Assembly: GCA_022793675.1 (NCBI GenBank) | Contig: JAAWDH010000020.1 | Span: 3,297 to 67,296, forward strand | DNA length: 64,000 nt | Reading direction: 5' to 3' | DNA from: Oscillospiraceae bacterium | Lineage (GTDB): Bacteria > Bacillota > Clostridia > Oscillospirales > Ruminococcaceae | Shown: positions 15,888-24,940 of the stretch, one piece after another | How the letters are laid out: the number at the start of each line of letters is the position of its first letter | Numbering within the stretch: the first letter of the stretch is position 1 | The notes under the pieces: generated by a model | Databases searched by the model: none | Told to the model about the DNA's origin: nothing | What the model saw: the letters and a program-made list of their open reading frames with translations, nothing else | Translations under genes and position numbers: made by a program

Positions 15888-16709
15888 TTAGTCCAGGTTC
15901 AGTTTGCGCTTCATAATCCAGTTGGTGAGCAGGAAACAGCCGCCGCCTAAAACAACCTGCAAAATTATCGACGACAGCAGCGCTGGGGAAGCAATCGCCG
16001 CTGGGTTGACACTGTTGCTGAGGAAAGCTTCAATGTCGCCGGAAGTGAGGGAAAGTATCAAAATCATGATGCCGACCGACAGGAACTGGGCGATTGTGTT
16101 GATAATCATATAGCCGGCCACCGAGCCTAAGAGCTTCTGCCGGGCGAAAAGCTGGCCAATAGCGATTGCGGCGTAGAACAGGCTGATCTGCGCCAGCAGC
16201 CCCACCAGCATAATAATGCCGATATAGCCAAACAGCGCGTTCAGGCTGATGCCGAATTCAGCGGCAAAGGCGGCGTTTGTTTTCCCATAAGAGCCGAGGG
16301 CCGTCCAGATTAAGTCCAGCGCTTCCCTGTTCAGAATCAGGATGGCGATGCCCGCAAGGGCGCTCAGCACCCCGAACAGCATCCAAATAGCGCCGGAAAA
16401 GGTCTTGGCGGTGATAGTGGAGAGGGGCGAGACCGGCAGCGTATGGGTCAGATAGCCCTCGTCGCAGACCATGCTTTTATAAAAACGCTGGACGATTACG
16501 AAAAAGGTCAGGATCACCGAAGCGATAATGGCAAAAATATAGAGGAACATGAACGCGCCCATAACTGTTCCGGCAAACGTGTTGTCAGAGGTGGAAAAAA
16601 TCTGGAGCATCAGCCGCCCCACAACCGACAGGATCATCACCGCGCCGTACAGCGGCGGCAGCACCTTGGACAGTGCCGCAAATTCGTATTTCATCAGTTT
16701 CCCTAGCAT
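15888..16709 (-). CDS. ABC-2 type transporter permease
   Basis: 273 aa with multiple TM helices. Overlaps the upstream ATPase gene by 7 nt. Confidence 0.7.
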   Translation of the reverse strand: MLGKLMKYEFAALSKVLPPLYGAVMILSVVGRLMLQIFSTSDNTFAGTVMGAFMFLYIFAIIASVILTFFVIVQRFYKSMVCDEGYLTHTLPVSPLSTITAKTFSGAIWMLFGVLSALAGIAILILNREALDLIWTALGSYGKTNAAFAAEFGISLNALFGYIGIIMLVGLLAQISLFYAAIAIGQLFARQKLLGSVAGYMIINTIAQFLSVGIMILILSLTSGDIEAFLSNSVNPAAIASPALLSSIILQVVLGGGCFLLTNWIMKRKLNLD

Positions 16710-17401
16710 TTGAATACCTCCCTGAAAAGGCCGTCGATGGATGTCCCTTTTTCCTCCCTGACCGCCTCGACCGACGAATGCAGCGTGACCTGGCCGTCTT
16801 TGAGGAACACTACCTCGTCCAGGATACGCTCAATATCCGCAATCAGATGGGTAGAGAGGATAACGGCGGCATTGTCGCTGTAGTTCTGGATAATTGTATT
16901 AAGGATATAGTCCCGCGCCGCCGGGTCGACGCCGCCGATTGGTTCGTCGAGCAGATAAAGCTCGGCCTCGCGGCTCATGACCAAGATCAGCTGGATTTTC
17001 TCCCTAGTGCCCTTGGACAGCGTTTTCAGCTTGGCCTGCGGGTCAAGCTTCAGCCTACCGACCATGTCGTAAGCCTTGGCCGAATTGAAATCGTCGTAAA
17101 AGTCAGCAAACAAGCCAACCATCTGCCGTACCGTCATCCAGTCGTTCAGGTAGGTGCGTTCAGGCAGATAGGAAACAATTTTCTTGCTCTCAATCCCCGG
17201 GACGAAGCCGCCCACCCGGATTTCCCCGGCAGAAGGGGTCAGCAGCCCGGCCGCCAGTTTAATCAGCGTGCTTTTGCCGCTGCCGTTCGGCCCCAATAAG
17301 CCGATAATACGCCCGCGTTCCAGCGTCAGGTCAAGCCCCGCCAGCACCTCTTTGCTGCCGTAGCGCTTGCTTAGGTTCCTGCATTCCAAAATTGCGCTCA
17401 T
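16703..17401 (-). CDS. ABC transporter ATP-binding protein
   Basis: Walker A GPNGSGKST, signature LSKGTREK, Walker B LYLLDEP. Confidence 0.9.
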   Translation of the reverse strand: MSAILECRNLSKRYGSKEVLAGLDLTLERGRIIGLLGPNGSGKSTLIKLAAGLLTPSAGEIRVGGFVPGIESKKIVSYLPERTYLNDWMTVRQMVGLFADFYDDFNSAKAYDMVGRLKLDPQAKLKTLSKGTREKIQLILVMSREAELYLLDEPIGGVDPAARDYILNTIIQNYSDNAAVILSTHLIADIERILDEVVFLKDGQVTLHSSVEAVREEKGTSIDGLFREVFKC

Positions 17402-17781
17402 GCCGTTTCCTCCTTTGTCAGCGCCGCCGTGATCTGCGCCAGCAGCTGCGCTGTTTCAGCGGGGCTGTACCCCAGTTCCTTCATTCCGGCCAGCAGGTCG
17501 TAAAGCTGCTGCATGGCCATGCTGCGCCGAAGCTCTTCAATCATATCCCGGTCCTCCGTAATAAACCTGCCGCTGGTCCGCTGGGCAAAAACCAATCTGT
17601 CGGCCTCCAGCTCGGCCAGCGCCTTTTGCATCGTGTTGGGGTTGACCGCCGCCTCTGCGGCGAGTTCCCGCACTGGCGGCAGTTTGCCGCCGGCAGGATA
17701 GAAGCCTGTTACGATACGCCGCCGCAGGATATCCACCAGCTGGGCGTAGATCGGCTTATCCGCATTCAGTTCCCATGCCAC
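17398..17781 (-). CDS. GntR family transcriptional regulator, YtrA subfamily
   Basis: Start set to GTG 17781, behind GGAGGGG. VAWELNADKPIYAQLVDILRRRIVTGFYPAGGKLPPVRELA is a GntR wHTH. The short (~127 aa) YtrA-type size and the coupling to ABC genes fit. Confidence 0.85.
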   Translation of the reverse strand: MAWELNADKPIYAQLVDILRRRIVTGFYPAGGKLPPVRELAAEAAVNPNTMQKALAELEADRLVFAQRTSGRFITEDRDMIEELRRSMAMQQLYDLLAGMKELGYSPAETAQLLAQITAALTKEETA

Positions 17782-17794
17782 TTGATCCCCTCCT

Positions 17795-18286
17795 TTACAG
17801 ATTTGGCTGCAACGAAAAAACAGCCTCAATATCCTCTGCCCCATCCGTTTCCAGCCGCAGCTTCAGCCTGCCGGGCGTAAACTCCGTAAGCGGGATTGTC
17901 AACGGCCCATCCAGCGCGCTGATGTCCCAGCTTTGCTCCTCCCCGTCCTGCTGGTAAACATAAAGCCGTAAGTCGCCTCCTTCGCTGCAGGCTGCTTCGA
18001 CTAGCAGCGACTGTTCCCCCATAAAGGTTAAGGCAGCGTGTTTTTTGAACCAGCCCGCTTTGCGGCAGCGCACCGTCCAACTGTCCGGCTGAATATCGCC
18101 GGCGTACATCAGCACCGCGCCGCTGTCCCACTCGCCGCTGATTTTTCCCAGGTTGATTGACGAGAGAAAATGGCTGACCTGCGGGTAAAGCTGCGTCTGC
18201 AAAAGGATGCTGCCCATTATCAGCAGCGAACCGGCAACGGCAGCTGTAAAGCCGACGGCCAGGTTGCGTTTTCGCTTATCCATCAA
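17795..18286 (-). CDS. membrane-anchored hypothetical protein (first gene of the YtrA operon)
   Basis: 163 aa with a single N-terminal TM helix (AVGFTAAVAGSLLIMGSILL). Confidence 0.6.
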   Translation of the reverse strand: MMDKRKRNLAVGFTAAVAGSLLIMGSILLQTQLYPQVSHFLSSINLGKISGEWDSGAVLMYAGDIQPDSWTVRCRKAGWFKKHAALTFMGEQSLLVEAACSEGGDLRLYVYQQDGEEQSWDISALDGPLTIPLTEFTPGRLKLRLETDGAEDIEAVFSLQPNL

Positions 18287-18310
18287 AACTCCTCCTTGAA
18301 TTGTCTGATT

Positions 18311-18328
18311 GTATTAAGTGATTAATAC
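18311..18328. promoter_or_regulatory. 18-bp dyad GTATTAA-N4-TTAATAC (candidate YtrA/GntR operator)
   Basis: gtattaagtgattaatac lies between the -10 and the RBS. It fits the GT...AC GntR-type palindrome. Confidence 0.5.
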
Positions 18329-18334
18329 AATAAT

Positions 18335-18362
18335 ATAATAACACAATTCTGGGAAATGTCAA
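18335..18362 (-). promoter_or_regulatory. sigmaA-type promoter of the YtrA-ABC operon
   Basis: Minus strand: TTGACA-16 nt-TATTAT with TGT extended -10 (TTGACATTTCCCAGAATTGTGTTATTAT). Confidence 0.65.
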
Positions 18363-18507
18363 GGGGGTTTTTGAAATTTTTTTCTGGCTTTTTCCAGCAG
18401 TCTAAAACCTGGCAAGAAAAGGCATACTAGAAGCGCAAAGAATTCCCAGCGATAAATCTTGAAAAACCGCGCATGGTAATTGTGTGTACCGGTTGTACCG
18501 ACAGACC

Positions 18508-18983
18508 ATTCGCGGCCAGCTGTGCTGGCAGACAGCAAGCCGGATTTCTGCTGCAGATAGACATGGCTGGTTCTCTTGCGGTCACGGGCAGGCAATTTAA
18601 GGAAGGAGATTTCGCTTGCTGCGGCAAGCGACCGAGGGCTCTGCCAGCTTTCGGCTTGACGAAAGCTAGACCCGCGATTTTTTGAAAAAAATCGAGTAAA
18701 ACTTTTTTCGCCAGGGCAACTGTGTGCAAAGCCATAAACATCTACTGCGTCGATAAGTTTTCTGGTTCTGCGCATCGACGCAGTAGGCGTGCAACTTTGC
18801 GCTGACAGGTACCCGGGCGATTAAAAGTTTTGCGGAGCTTTTTCAAAAGCGACCGTACTCCCGTACCCTATCGGCAGAACCGACGCAGTAGGCGTGCAAC
18901 TTTGCGCTGACGGGTACCCGGGCGAGTAAAAGTCTTTGCTAAGCTTTCTTCAGAAAGCGTCGTACTCTAAAAGTGTCGTATCC
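18508..18983. repeat. composite repeat locus (degenerate C, D-head, B variant, H hairpin, then two tandem H'-B'-A' units)
   Basis: 13-bp perfect hairpin CTACTGCGTCGAT (18742-18754 / 18774-18786). Units 18774-18868 and 18869-18983 both read CGACGCAGTAGGCGTGCAACTTTGCGCTGAC.GGTACCCGGGCGA.TAAAAGT.... Confidence 0.85.
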
Positions 18984-19008
18984 TTTAAAATTTAGGAGGA
19001 AACCTATT

Positions 19009-20241
19009 GTGAGAAGAATCATAAAAAAACTGACGGCAGCCGCAGCGTTGGCTGTGATGCTGGTGATGGGGGCCGTAGGCTATCTGGACTGGGCGCTGCC
19101 GGACGACTATTACACCAGCGCGCCGGAAGCGTTCGGGCTGCCGCAGTACCAGCTGCTGACTGTTGAGCGGCAGGGAGGCGCAGAGGCGGTGCGCACGGCG
19201 CTGAACCCTGTCAAGGACGAGCAGGTGACGCTGATGCTTGGGGGCGTCGTGCCGGTCAAGACGGTGTCGCTGCACCAGACCGAAAAACGTTACCTGGTGC
19301 CCTGCGGCACGCCTTTCGGGTTAAAGCTGATCGCCGACGGGATTATGGTCGTTGGCCTCAGCCCGGTGGAGACGCTGGCGGGCATCCAGTGCCCGGCTCA
19401 GAGCGCCGGTCTGCGGAAAGGGGACATTATCCGCGCAGCCAACGGCGTTTCCCTATCGTCTTTCCAGCAGCTGGCGGAGATGGTGGAGAAAGCCGGCGGG
19501 CAGACCCTGCGGCTTTCGGTAGTCCGAGGCGGCGACGCCTTTGAAGCGCTGGTGACGCCGGTGCAGTCGGTATCCGGGGTGTTCCAGTGCGGGCTTTGGG
19601 GCCGGGACAGCTCGGCAGGTATCGGTACGGTGACCTTCTACGACCCGGTGACCGGGGCTTTCGGCGGGCTGGGGCACGGGGTCTGCGACGTGGATACCGG
19701 GGATTTGATGCCGCTGGGCAGCGGCGAGGTCGTGCAGGCCTCCATCCTCGACGTCGTCCCCGGTACAGCCGGTTCCCCTGGGGAGCTGCGCGGCAGCTTT
19801 TCCAGTGGCTTTTCAGCAGGGATTCTCTTAAAAAACACGACCAGCGGGGTCTTCGGGCTGCTGCGTACAGCGCCGGTGCGAAGCGGCCCGGTGGAGGTCT
19901 GCCCCCGCCAGGAGGTAGTCGCCGGGCCGGCGCTGATCCTCGCCACCCTTTCCGGGAACGAGCCTGCCGTCTACAGCATTGAAATCGAACGGGTCAGTTA
20001 TACCGACGGCAGCGCTTCCAAAAACATGGTCATCCGGGTGACCGACCCAAACCTTTTGGCTATCACTGGCGGCATTGTCCAGGGGATGAGCGGCAGCCCG
20101 ATTTTACAGGACGGCCGTCTGGTGGGGGCGGTAACCCATGTTTTTGTCAACGATCCCCAGCGCGGATATGGGATTTTTGCCGAAAATATGATAGACGAAT
20201 TGGATGGAACAAAGGTATACGGGGACGAAAAAGCGTCATAA
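19009..20241 (+). CDS. spoIVB: SpoIVB peptidase (S55), stage IV sporulation signalling protease
   Basis: GTG 19009 lies behind AGGAGG. There is a PDZ region (GLRKGDIIRAANG) and the catalytic motif GIVQGMSGSPILQDGRLVGAVTHVFVNDPQRGYGIF. The conserved position is immediately upstream of spo0A. Confidence 0.9.
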   Translation: MRRIIKKLTAAAALAVMLVMGAVGYLDWALPDDYYTSAPEAFGLPQYQLLTVERQGGAEAVRTALNPVKDEQVTLMLGGVVPVKTVSLHQTEKRYLVPCGTPFGLKLIADGIMVVGLSPVETLAGIQCPAQSAGLRKGDIIRAANGVSLSSFQQLAEMVEKAGGQTLRLSVVRGGDAFEALVTPVQSVSGVFQCGLWGRDSSAGIGTVTFYDPVTGAFGGLGHGVCDVDTGDLMPLGSGEVVQASILDVVPGTAGSPGELRGSFSSGFSAGILLKNTTSGVFGLLRTAPVRSGPVEVCPRQEVVAGPALILATLSGNEPAVYSIEIERVSYTDGSASKNMVIRVTDPNLLAITGGIVQGMSGSPILQDGRLVGAVTHVFVNDPQRGYGIFAENMIDELDGTKVYGDEKAS

Positions 20242-20405
20242 TTGGAAAAACAGAATATACAATTTCCAGTAAACAAAATTTTAATACACGATGCGATGAA
20301 TTCTTGCCTTATTTTGGTATTAAAGAATGATAAATCCATGTAATGAACAGAACGTTTTCCTGCCATTAGGTGAAAAAATCCTATAATCTACGCTATCTTT
20401 TATAT

Positions 20406-20412
20406 TTCGACA
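20406..20412. promoter_or_regulatory. 0A box (TTCGACA = reverse complement of TGTCGAA) upstream of spo0A
   Basis: Exact match to the Bacillus/Clostridium 0A-box core, 180 nt upstream of the spo0A ATG in an AT-rich region. Confidence 0.5.
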
Positions 20413-20502
20413 AAATGCACGTTTATTTTATAGCGATAGTTACAAACATAGAACGTTATACTTGAAACAAAAAGAGAAATTCAGAATCTGTCAACAAAAT
20501 AC

Positions 20503-20531
20503 TTGCTATTTTCCGAAAATAGTGCTAAAAT
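20503..20531 (+). promoter_or_regulatory. candidate sigmaA promoter of spo0A
   Basis: TTGCTA-17-TAAAAT, 60 nt upstream of the ATG. Confidence 0.4.
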
Positions 20532-20590
20532 ATTGCTGTACAAATCAACAGCAGAACGGTTTGGGAACATCAAAACTGGAGGATAAACAA

Positions 20591-21373
20591 ATGGGAATGT
20601 ATAAACGGATTTTGATCAGCGACGATTCGGCTGAATTCCGGGCCTTATGCCAGGAAAGGCTGACCGAAAAGGGGTATTATGTCATCCTCAAGAAACGGGA
20701 TGGCCTGGAAGTCCTGTCTGCCATCCAGTCTGAGCGTCCAGACTTAGTGGTGATGGATGTCCAGATGCGGGGCATTGACGCATTGGGGATCCTGGGTGCG
20801 CTGAAAGGGCAGGCTGCGGATACGACCTTCCTCGTGACTTCGTCCTTTGAAAACAATATTGTCGAACGGGCTGTGTCGGAGGATTCCCGCTGCTGCTATA
20901 TGCTCAAACCGGCGGACGCCAACGTCTTGCTTGACCGGATCGATTTTATTTGCAGCCGGGACTTTTCGTCGCCGCAGGCCAGGCAGCCCAAAACGGTCAC
21001 CGTCCAGCAGCTGGAGGTCATGGTCACCGGGATCCTCCATAATATCGGCGTCCCAGCCCATATCAAAGGCTACCATTACCTGCGCGATGGCATCATCCTA
21101 TCTTTGACCGAGCCGGCTGCCATGAGTTCAGTGACCAAGGAGCTTTACCCCACCATCGCCAAGCATTTCAGCACCACAGCCTCCCGCGTAGAACGCGCCA
21201 TCCGTCACGCCATCGAAGTCGCTTGGGACAGAGGGGATGTGGACGTGCTCAACTCCTACTTCGGCTACACCATCCAGAATACCAGAGGGAAACCTACTAA
21301 TTCGGAGTTTATCGCGATGATTACGGATAAGATCCGGTTACAGGTACATCTGGAAGAACAAGGACAGCTTTAA
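20591..21373 (+). CDS. spo0A: sporulation master regulator Spo0A
   Basis: The receiver has SDD, D in VVMDVQM, T in LVTSS and K in MLKP. The C-terminal Spo0A_C domain reads HNIGVPAHIKGYHYLRDGI...TASRVERAIRHAIEVAWDRG...KPTNSEFIAMITDKIRL. ATG 20591 lies behind GGAGGA. Confidence 0.95.
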   Translation: MGMYKRILISDDSAEFRALCQERLTEKGYYVILKKRDGLEVLSAIQSERPDLVVMDVQMRGIDALGILGALKGQAADTTFLVTSSFENNIVERAVSEDSRCCYMLKPADANVLLDRIDFICSRDFSSPQARQPKTVTVQQLEVMVTGILHNIGVPAHIKGYHYLRDGIILSLTEPAAMSSVTKELYPTIAKHFSTTASRVERAIRHAIEVAWDRGDVDVLNSYFGYTIQNTRGKPTNSEFIAMITDKIRLQVHLEEQGQL

Positions 21374-21391
21374 GCTGCTGGCCTTAGAAAG

Positions 21392-21430
21392 CTGCCATGG
21401 CAAGTATACGCTATGGCAGTTGAATTTTTT
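21392..21430 (+). terminator. spo0A terminator
   Basis: CTGCCAT...ATGGCAG stem, then TTGAATTTTTT. Confidence 0.7.
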
Positions 21431-21440
21431 AGGGAAATTT

Positions 21441-21534
21441 GTCGCTTTCTGGCCGCTTTCTGAAGAGAAGCTCTAGCTTAGCAAAGACTTTTAATCGCCA
21501 GGGTACGCATCTGCGCAGATTTGCCCGCGTCGAT
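21441..21534 (+). repeat. partial copy (B with AGCTTAGC insertion + degenerate H)
   Basis: CGCTTTCTGAAGAGAAGCTCTAGCTTAGCAAAGACTTTTAATCGCCAGGGTAC matches the left arm of 41274 and 56091. Confidence 0.75.
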
Positions 21535-21628
21535 AACTGCTGCTAATTTAAAAAATTTGCAGCAGGGCTTTATTTTTGAGGAAAAAAGGTGTATACTGAT
21601 AAAAGTAAAAAGAAAGGTGGCGGGGGCG

Positions 21629-22318
21629 TTGGGGCTGGAGCTTCTGGCGGATGAAGCGCTTGTGCTGACGGGGCATTATGGCTGCGGCAAGACAAGCCTA
21701 GCGGTGACAATGGCTGCGGCGCTGGCCAAAAAGGGGCGGGCGGTGAGCCTTATTGACCTAGATATCGTCAACCCTTATTTCCGAGCGGCAGATTTTGCCA
21801 AGCAGCTGGGCGGGATGGGCGTTTCGGTTGTCGCGCCGGTTTATGCAGGCTCTGGGCTGGATGTCCCGGCGCTGTCCGCCCGGGTGGACGCGGCGCTGGA
21901 AAGCAGCGGCACCGTGATCCTCGACGCGGGCGGGGACGACGCCGGGGCCGCTGTGCTGGGTCGGTATGCTGCAAAGCTGATGGGGCGTCCGCATAAGATG
22001 CTTTACCTGTTTAACAGCTGCCGCTACCTGACTTCTACGCCCGCGGCCTGCGTGGAGACGCTGAAAGAGATTGAAAGGGCGGCGCGGCTGGCGGCCGACG
22101 GTGTCCTTAACAGCACAAACCTAGGGCCGGAAACGACGGCGGCGTTGGTCCGCGGGTCGGCGGCCTTTGCGGAGGAGACCGCCCGGCTGGCCGGGCTGCC
22201 GCTTATGGGGACGGTTGTGCCGGGTCGGCTTTGGGCGGCGCTTGCGGATGTCCCGGACAAGGTTTTGCTGGATATGAGGGTGGCGCTGCCTTGGGAGGGG
22301 CGGCTGGACAATATATAG
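21629..22318 (+). CDS. P-loop NTPase (MinD/ParA/CooC-like), start uncertain (TTG 21629 or GTG 21617)
   Basis: Deviant Walker A, LTGHYGCGKTSLAV, about 10 residues from the proposed start. Sits immediately upstream of the oxidoreductase operon. Confidence 0.65.
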   Translation: MGLELLADEALVLTGHYGCGKTSLAVTMAAALAKKGRAVSLIDLDIVNPYFRAADFAKQLGGMGVSVVAPVYAGSGLDVPALSARVDAALESSGTVILDAGGDDAGAAVLGRYAAKLMGRPHKMLYLFNSCRYLTSTPAACVETLKEIERAARLAADGVLNSTNLGPETTAALVRGSAAFAEETARLAGLPLMGTVVPGRLWAALADVPDKVLLDMRVALPWEGRLDNI

Positions 22319-22331
22319 AAGACGGAAAGGG

Positions 22332-22565
22332 ATGGAGGAAATTATGCCAGAGGTTATCATTGACCAGGACCGCTGCAAGGGCTGCGGGTTATGCGTGAAC
22401 GCCTGCCCGAAAAAGGTGTTGGAGCTGCTTGTCGGAAAGCTGAACCAGAAGGGCTATCATCCGGCAGCACCCGTCCGTCCGGCAGACTGTATTGGCTGCG
22501 CAATCTGTGCGCTGTTCTGTCCCGATGTGGCCATTACAGTGAAAAAGGAAGGGGGCAAAGGCTGA
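22332..22565 (+). CDS. 2-oxoacid:ferredoxin oxidoreductase delta subunit (2x[4Fe-4S] ferredoxin)
   Basis: Two CxxCxxCxxxCP motifs (CKGCGLCVNACP, CIGCAICALFCP). Confidence 0.85.
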   Translation: MEEIMPEVIIDQDRCKGCGLCVNACPKKVLELLVGKLNQKGYHPAAPVRPADCIGCAICALFCPDVAITVKKEGGKG

Positions 22566-23623
22566 TGGGCAGGAAGTTTTTGATGAAAGGCAACGAAGCG
22601 CTGGCAGAAGCGGCGCTTCGGGCGGGCTGCCGCCATTTTTTCGGTTACCCGATTACCCCGCAGACGGAGGTTGCCGCCTATATGGCCAAGCGGATGCCGA
22701 AAATCGGCGGTACCTACCTTCAGGCGGAAAGCGAAGTAGCGGCCATTAACATGGTGCTGGGGGCCGCGGCGGCCGGGGCTAGGGCGATGACCTCTTCCTC
22801 CTCGCCGGGCATCAGCTTGAAAACGGAGGGCATTTCCTACATCGCCGCTTCCGACCTGCCGGCGCTGATTGTCAACGTGATGCGGGGCAGCCCTGGGCTG
22901 GGCGGGATCCAGCCTTCGCAGGCCGACTATTGGCAGGCTACTAAGGCTCCCGGCCATGGCGACGCCCAGCTGTTGGTCTTTGCGCCGTCTTCGGTGCAGG
23001 AGATAGTCGACCTAGTAGGCAGGGCTTTTGATTTGTCTGAGCAGTACCGCGTCCCGGCCATGCTGCTGGCAGACGGGATGCTGGGGCAGATGATGGAACC
23101 GGTGGAGTTTGGGCCGGAGGCGGCTGGGGCGCAGGAAAAGCCCTGGGCGTTGGTTGGGACAAAGGGGAAGCGTCCGCCCAATGTTGTGAATTCCCTGCAC
23201 CTGCAGCCCGCCCGTTTAGAGGAAATCGTCCGGGAACGCTTTCAGCGTTATGAGGCCATCAAGAAGAAAGAGGTCCTGTTGGAGCAGTACCGGATGGAGG
23301 ACGCCCGCTTTGCAGTTGCGGCCTATGGGGCGACGGCACGGATTGTCAAGAGCGCTGTTGACAAGGCCCGGGAAGAAGGCATCCCAGTGGGGCTTATCCG
23401 CCCCATTACTGTCTGGCCATTCCCCGAGCGGGAAATCGCCGCCGCGGCAGGAACGGTCGAACAGTTCCTCTGTGTCGAGATGAGCATGGGGCAGATGGTG
23501 GAGGATGTGCGGCTGGCCGTGAACGGGAGGCGGCCGGTGGCCTTTTACGGCCGGACCGGCGGTGTGGTGCCTGTGCCGGCCGAGATACTTGCTGAAATTA
23601 GGAAAATGGCAGGGAGGGCGTAA
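22565..23623 (+). CDS. 2-oxoacid:ferredoxin oxidoreductase alpha subunit
   Basis: ATG 22565 overlaps the delta-subunit stop (ATGA). MGRKFLMKGNEALAEAALRAGCRHFFGYPITPQTE is the conserved KorA/PorA N-terminus. Confidence 0.9.
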   Translation: MGRKFLMKGNEALAEAALRAGCRHFFGYPITPQTEVAAYMAKRMPKIGGTYLQAESEVAAINMVLGAAAAGARAMTSSSSPGISLKTEGISYIAASDLPALIVNVMRGSPGLGGIQPSQADYWQATKAPGHGDAQLLVFAPSSVQEIVDLVGRAFDLSEQYRVPAMLLADGMLGQMMEPVEFGPEAAGAQEKPWALVGTKGKRPPNVVNSLHLQPARLEEIVRERFQRYEAIKKKEVLLEQYRMEDARFAVAAYGATARIVKSAVDKAREEGIPVGLIRPITVWPFPEREIAAAAGTVEQFLCVEMSMGQMVEDVRLAVNGRRPVAFYGRTGGVVPVPAEILAEIRKMAGRA

Positions 23624-23626
23624 GCG

Positions 23627-24382
23627 ATGGCAGTAATTTTTGAGCGTACAGAGGGCCTGACCGATAAGGATACCCATTACTGCCCTGGCTGCACCCATGG
23701 CATTATCCACCGGCTGGCGGCGGAGTCGCTGACGGAACTAGGGGTGTTGGGAGAGGCGATTGGGGTCTGCCCGGTGGGCTGCGCGGTGATGGCGTATGAC
23801 TATTTCAACTGCGATATGGCCGAAGCCCCCCACGGCCGCGCGCCGGCTGTGGCGACCGGCATCAAGCGGGTGCATCCCGACAGCGTCGTCTTTACCTACC
23901 AAGGCGACGGCGACCTGGCGGCGATCGGCACCGCCGAAACGGTCCATGCCGCCGCCCGCGGCGAGAATATAACCGTTATTTTCGTCAACAACGCCATCTA
24001 CGGTATGACCGGCGGCCAGATGGCCCCGACCACCCTGCCCGGCCAGGTGACCCAGACTACCCCTTATGGCCGGGATACGGCCTATTCAGGTTTCCCGCTG
24101 CGGGTGTGCGAATTGCTGGCTGCAGTGGACGGCGTTGCCTACGCTGAGCGCGTCGCAGTCAATACGCCCGCCCATATCCGCGCCGCCAAAGCGGCCATTA
24201 AAAAAGCCTTCCAAGCCCAGATTGACAAGAAAGGCTTTTCCATTGTCGAAGTGCTCTCCACCTGCCCCACCAACTGGGGGATGACCCCTGTCGAGGCGCT
24301 TGGCTGGGTGGAGGAGAAGATGGTCCCCTATTACCCGCTTGGGGTTACGGTGGACAGGACGGAAAAGGGGGTGCGGGGATGA
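23627..24382 (+). CDS. 2-oxoacid:ferredoxin oxidoreductase beta subunit (TPP-binding)
   Basis: YCPGCTHGI and GDGDLAAIG...[11 protein letters not shown] are TPP-binding motifs. Confidence 0.9.
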   Translation: MAVIFERTEGLTDKDTHYCPGCTHGIIHRLAAESLTELGVLGEAIGVCPVGCAVMAYDYFNCDMAEAPHGRAPAVATGIKRVHPDSVVFTYQGDGDLAAIGTAETVHAAARGENITVIFVNNAIYGMTGGQMAPTTLPGQVTQTTPYGRDTAYSGFPLRVCELLAAVDGVAYAERVAVNTPAHIRAAKAAIKKAFQAQIDKKGFSIVEVLSTCPTNWGMTPVEALGWVEEKMVPYYPLGVTVDRTEKGVRG

Positions 24383-24936
24383 AACTGAACCTGCTGATTG
24401 CCGGCTTTGGCGGCCAGGGGGTGCTGTTTATGGGCAAGGTAGCCGCGCACACCGCCCTGCTGGAGGATCTGTTTGTCTCTTGGCTGCCTTCCTATGGGCC
24501 GGAAATGCGGGGCGGTACCGCCAACTGCGCCGTTTGCATCGATGACAAAGAAATCAGCTGCCCGCTCATTACCGAGCCGGAGCTGCTGGCAGTGCTGAAC
24601 CAGCCCTCTTTTGACCGCTTTGCCGAGACCGTCCAGCCTGGCGGCAAAATCTTCCTTGACAGCGCCCTGATTGAGGCGTCCCAGGCGCAGGCCGCCCGCT
24701 GCGCCGAACGGGGCGTCAGCCTTTACCCGATCCCCTGTACATCCATGGCCGAAACGGAAGGGCTTGCCGGCCGGGCCAACCTGATTATGTTGGGGAAGGT
24801 ATTGCGGGAAACAGGCTTTACCAGCTACGATACCCTCTGCGAAGCGCTGAAAGCCTGCATCCCAGCTTCCAAAGAAGCCCTGCTGGAAAGCAACCTAAAA
24901 GCTGTTGCGCTGGGGTATTCTTTTGGCGGGCAGTAA
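24379..24936 (+). CDS. 2-oxoacid:ferredoxin oxidoreductase gamma subunit
   Basis: [15 protein letters not shown]...[13 protein letters not shown] is the typical gamma-subunit signature. 4-nt overlap with the beta subunit. Confidence 0.9.
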   Translation: MKLNLLIAGFGGQGVLFMGKVAAHTALLEDLFVSWLPSYGPEMRGGTANCAVCIDDKEISCPLITEPELLAVLNQPSFDRFAETVQPGGKIFLDSALIEASQAQAARCAERGVSLYPIPCTSMAETEGLAGRANLIMLGKVLRETGFTSYDTLCEALKACIPASKEALLESNLKAVALGYSFGGQ

Positions 24937-24940
24937 AACG

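Noticed and set aside
18359-18775. ORFs 18359-18775(-), 18427-18741(-) and 18473-18685(+)
   Set aside because: They lie entirely within the composite repeat locus and the promoter region. They have no RBS and consist of repeat-derived sequence also seen translated at other loci.
22391-22564. 58-codon extension of the oxidoreductase alpha subunit overlapping the ferredoxin gene
   Set aside because: ATG 22565 overlaps the delta-subunit stop (ATGA) and starts exactly at the conserved KorA N-terminus.
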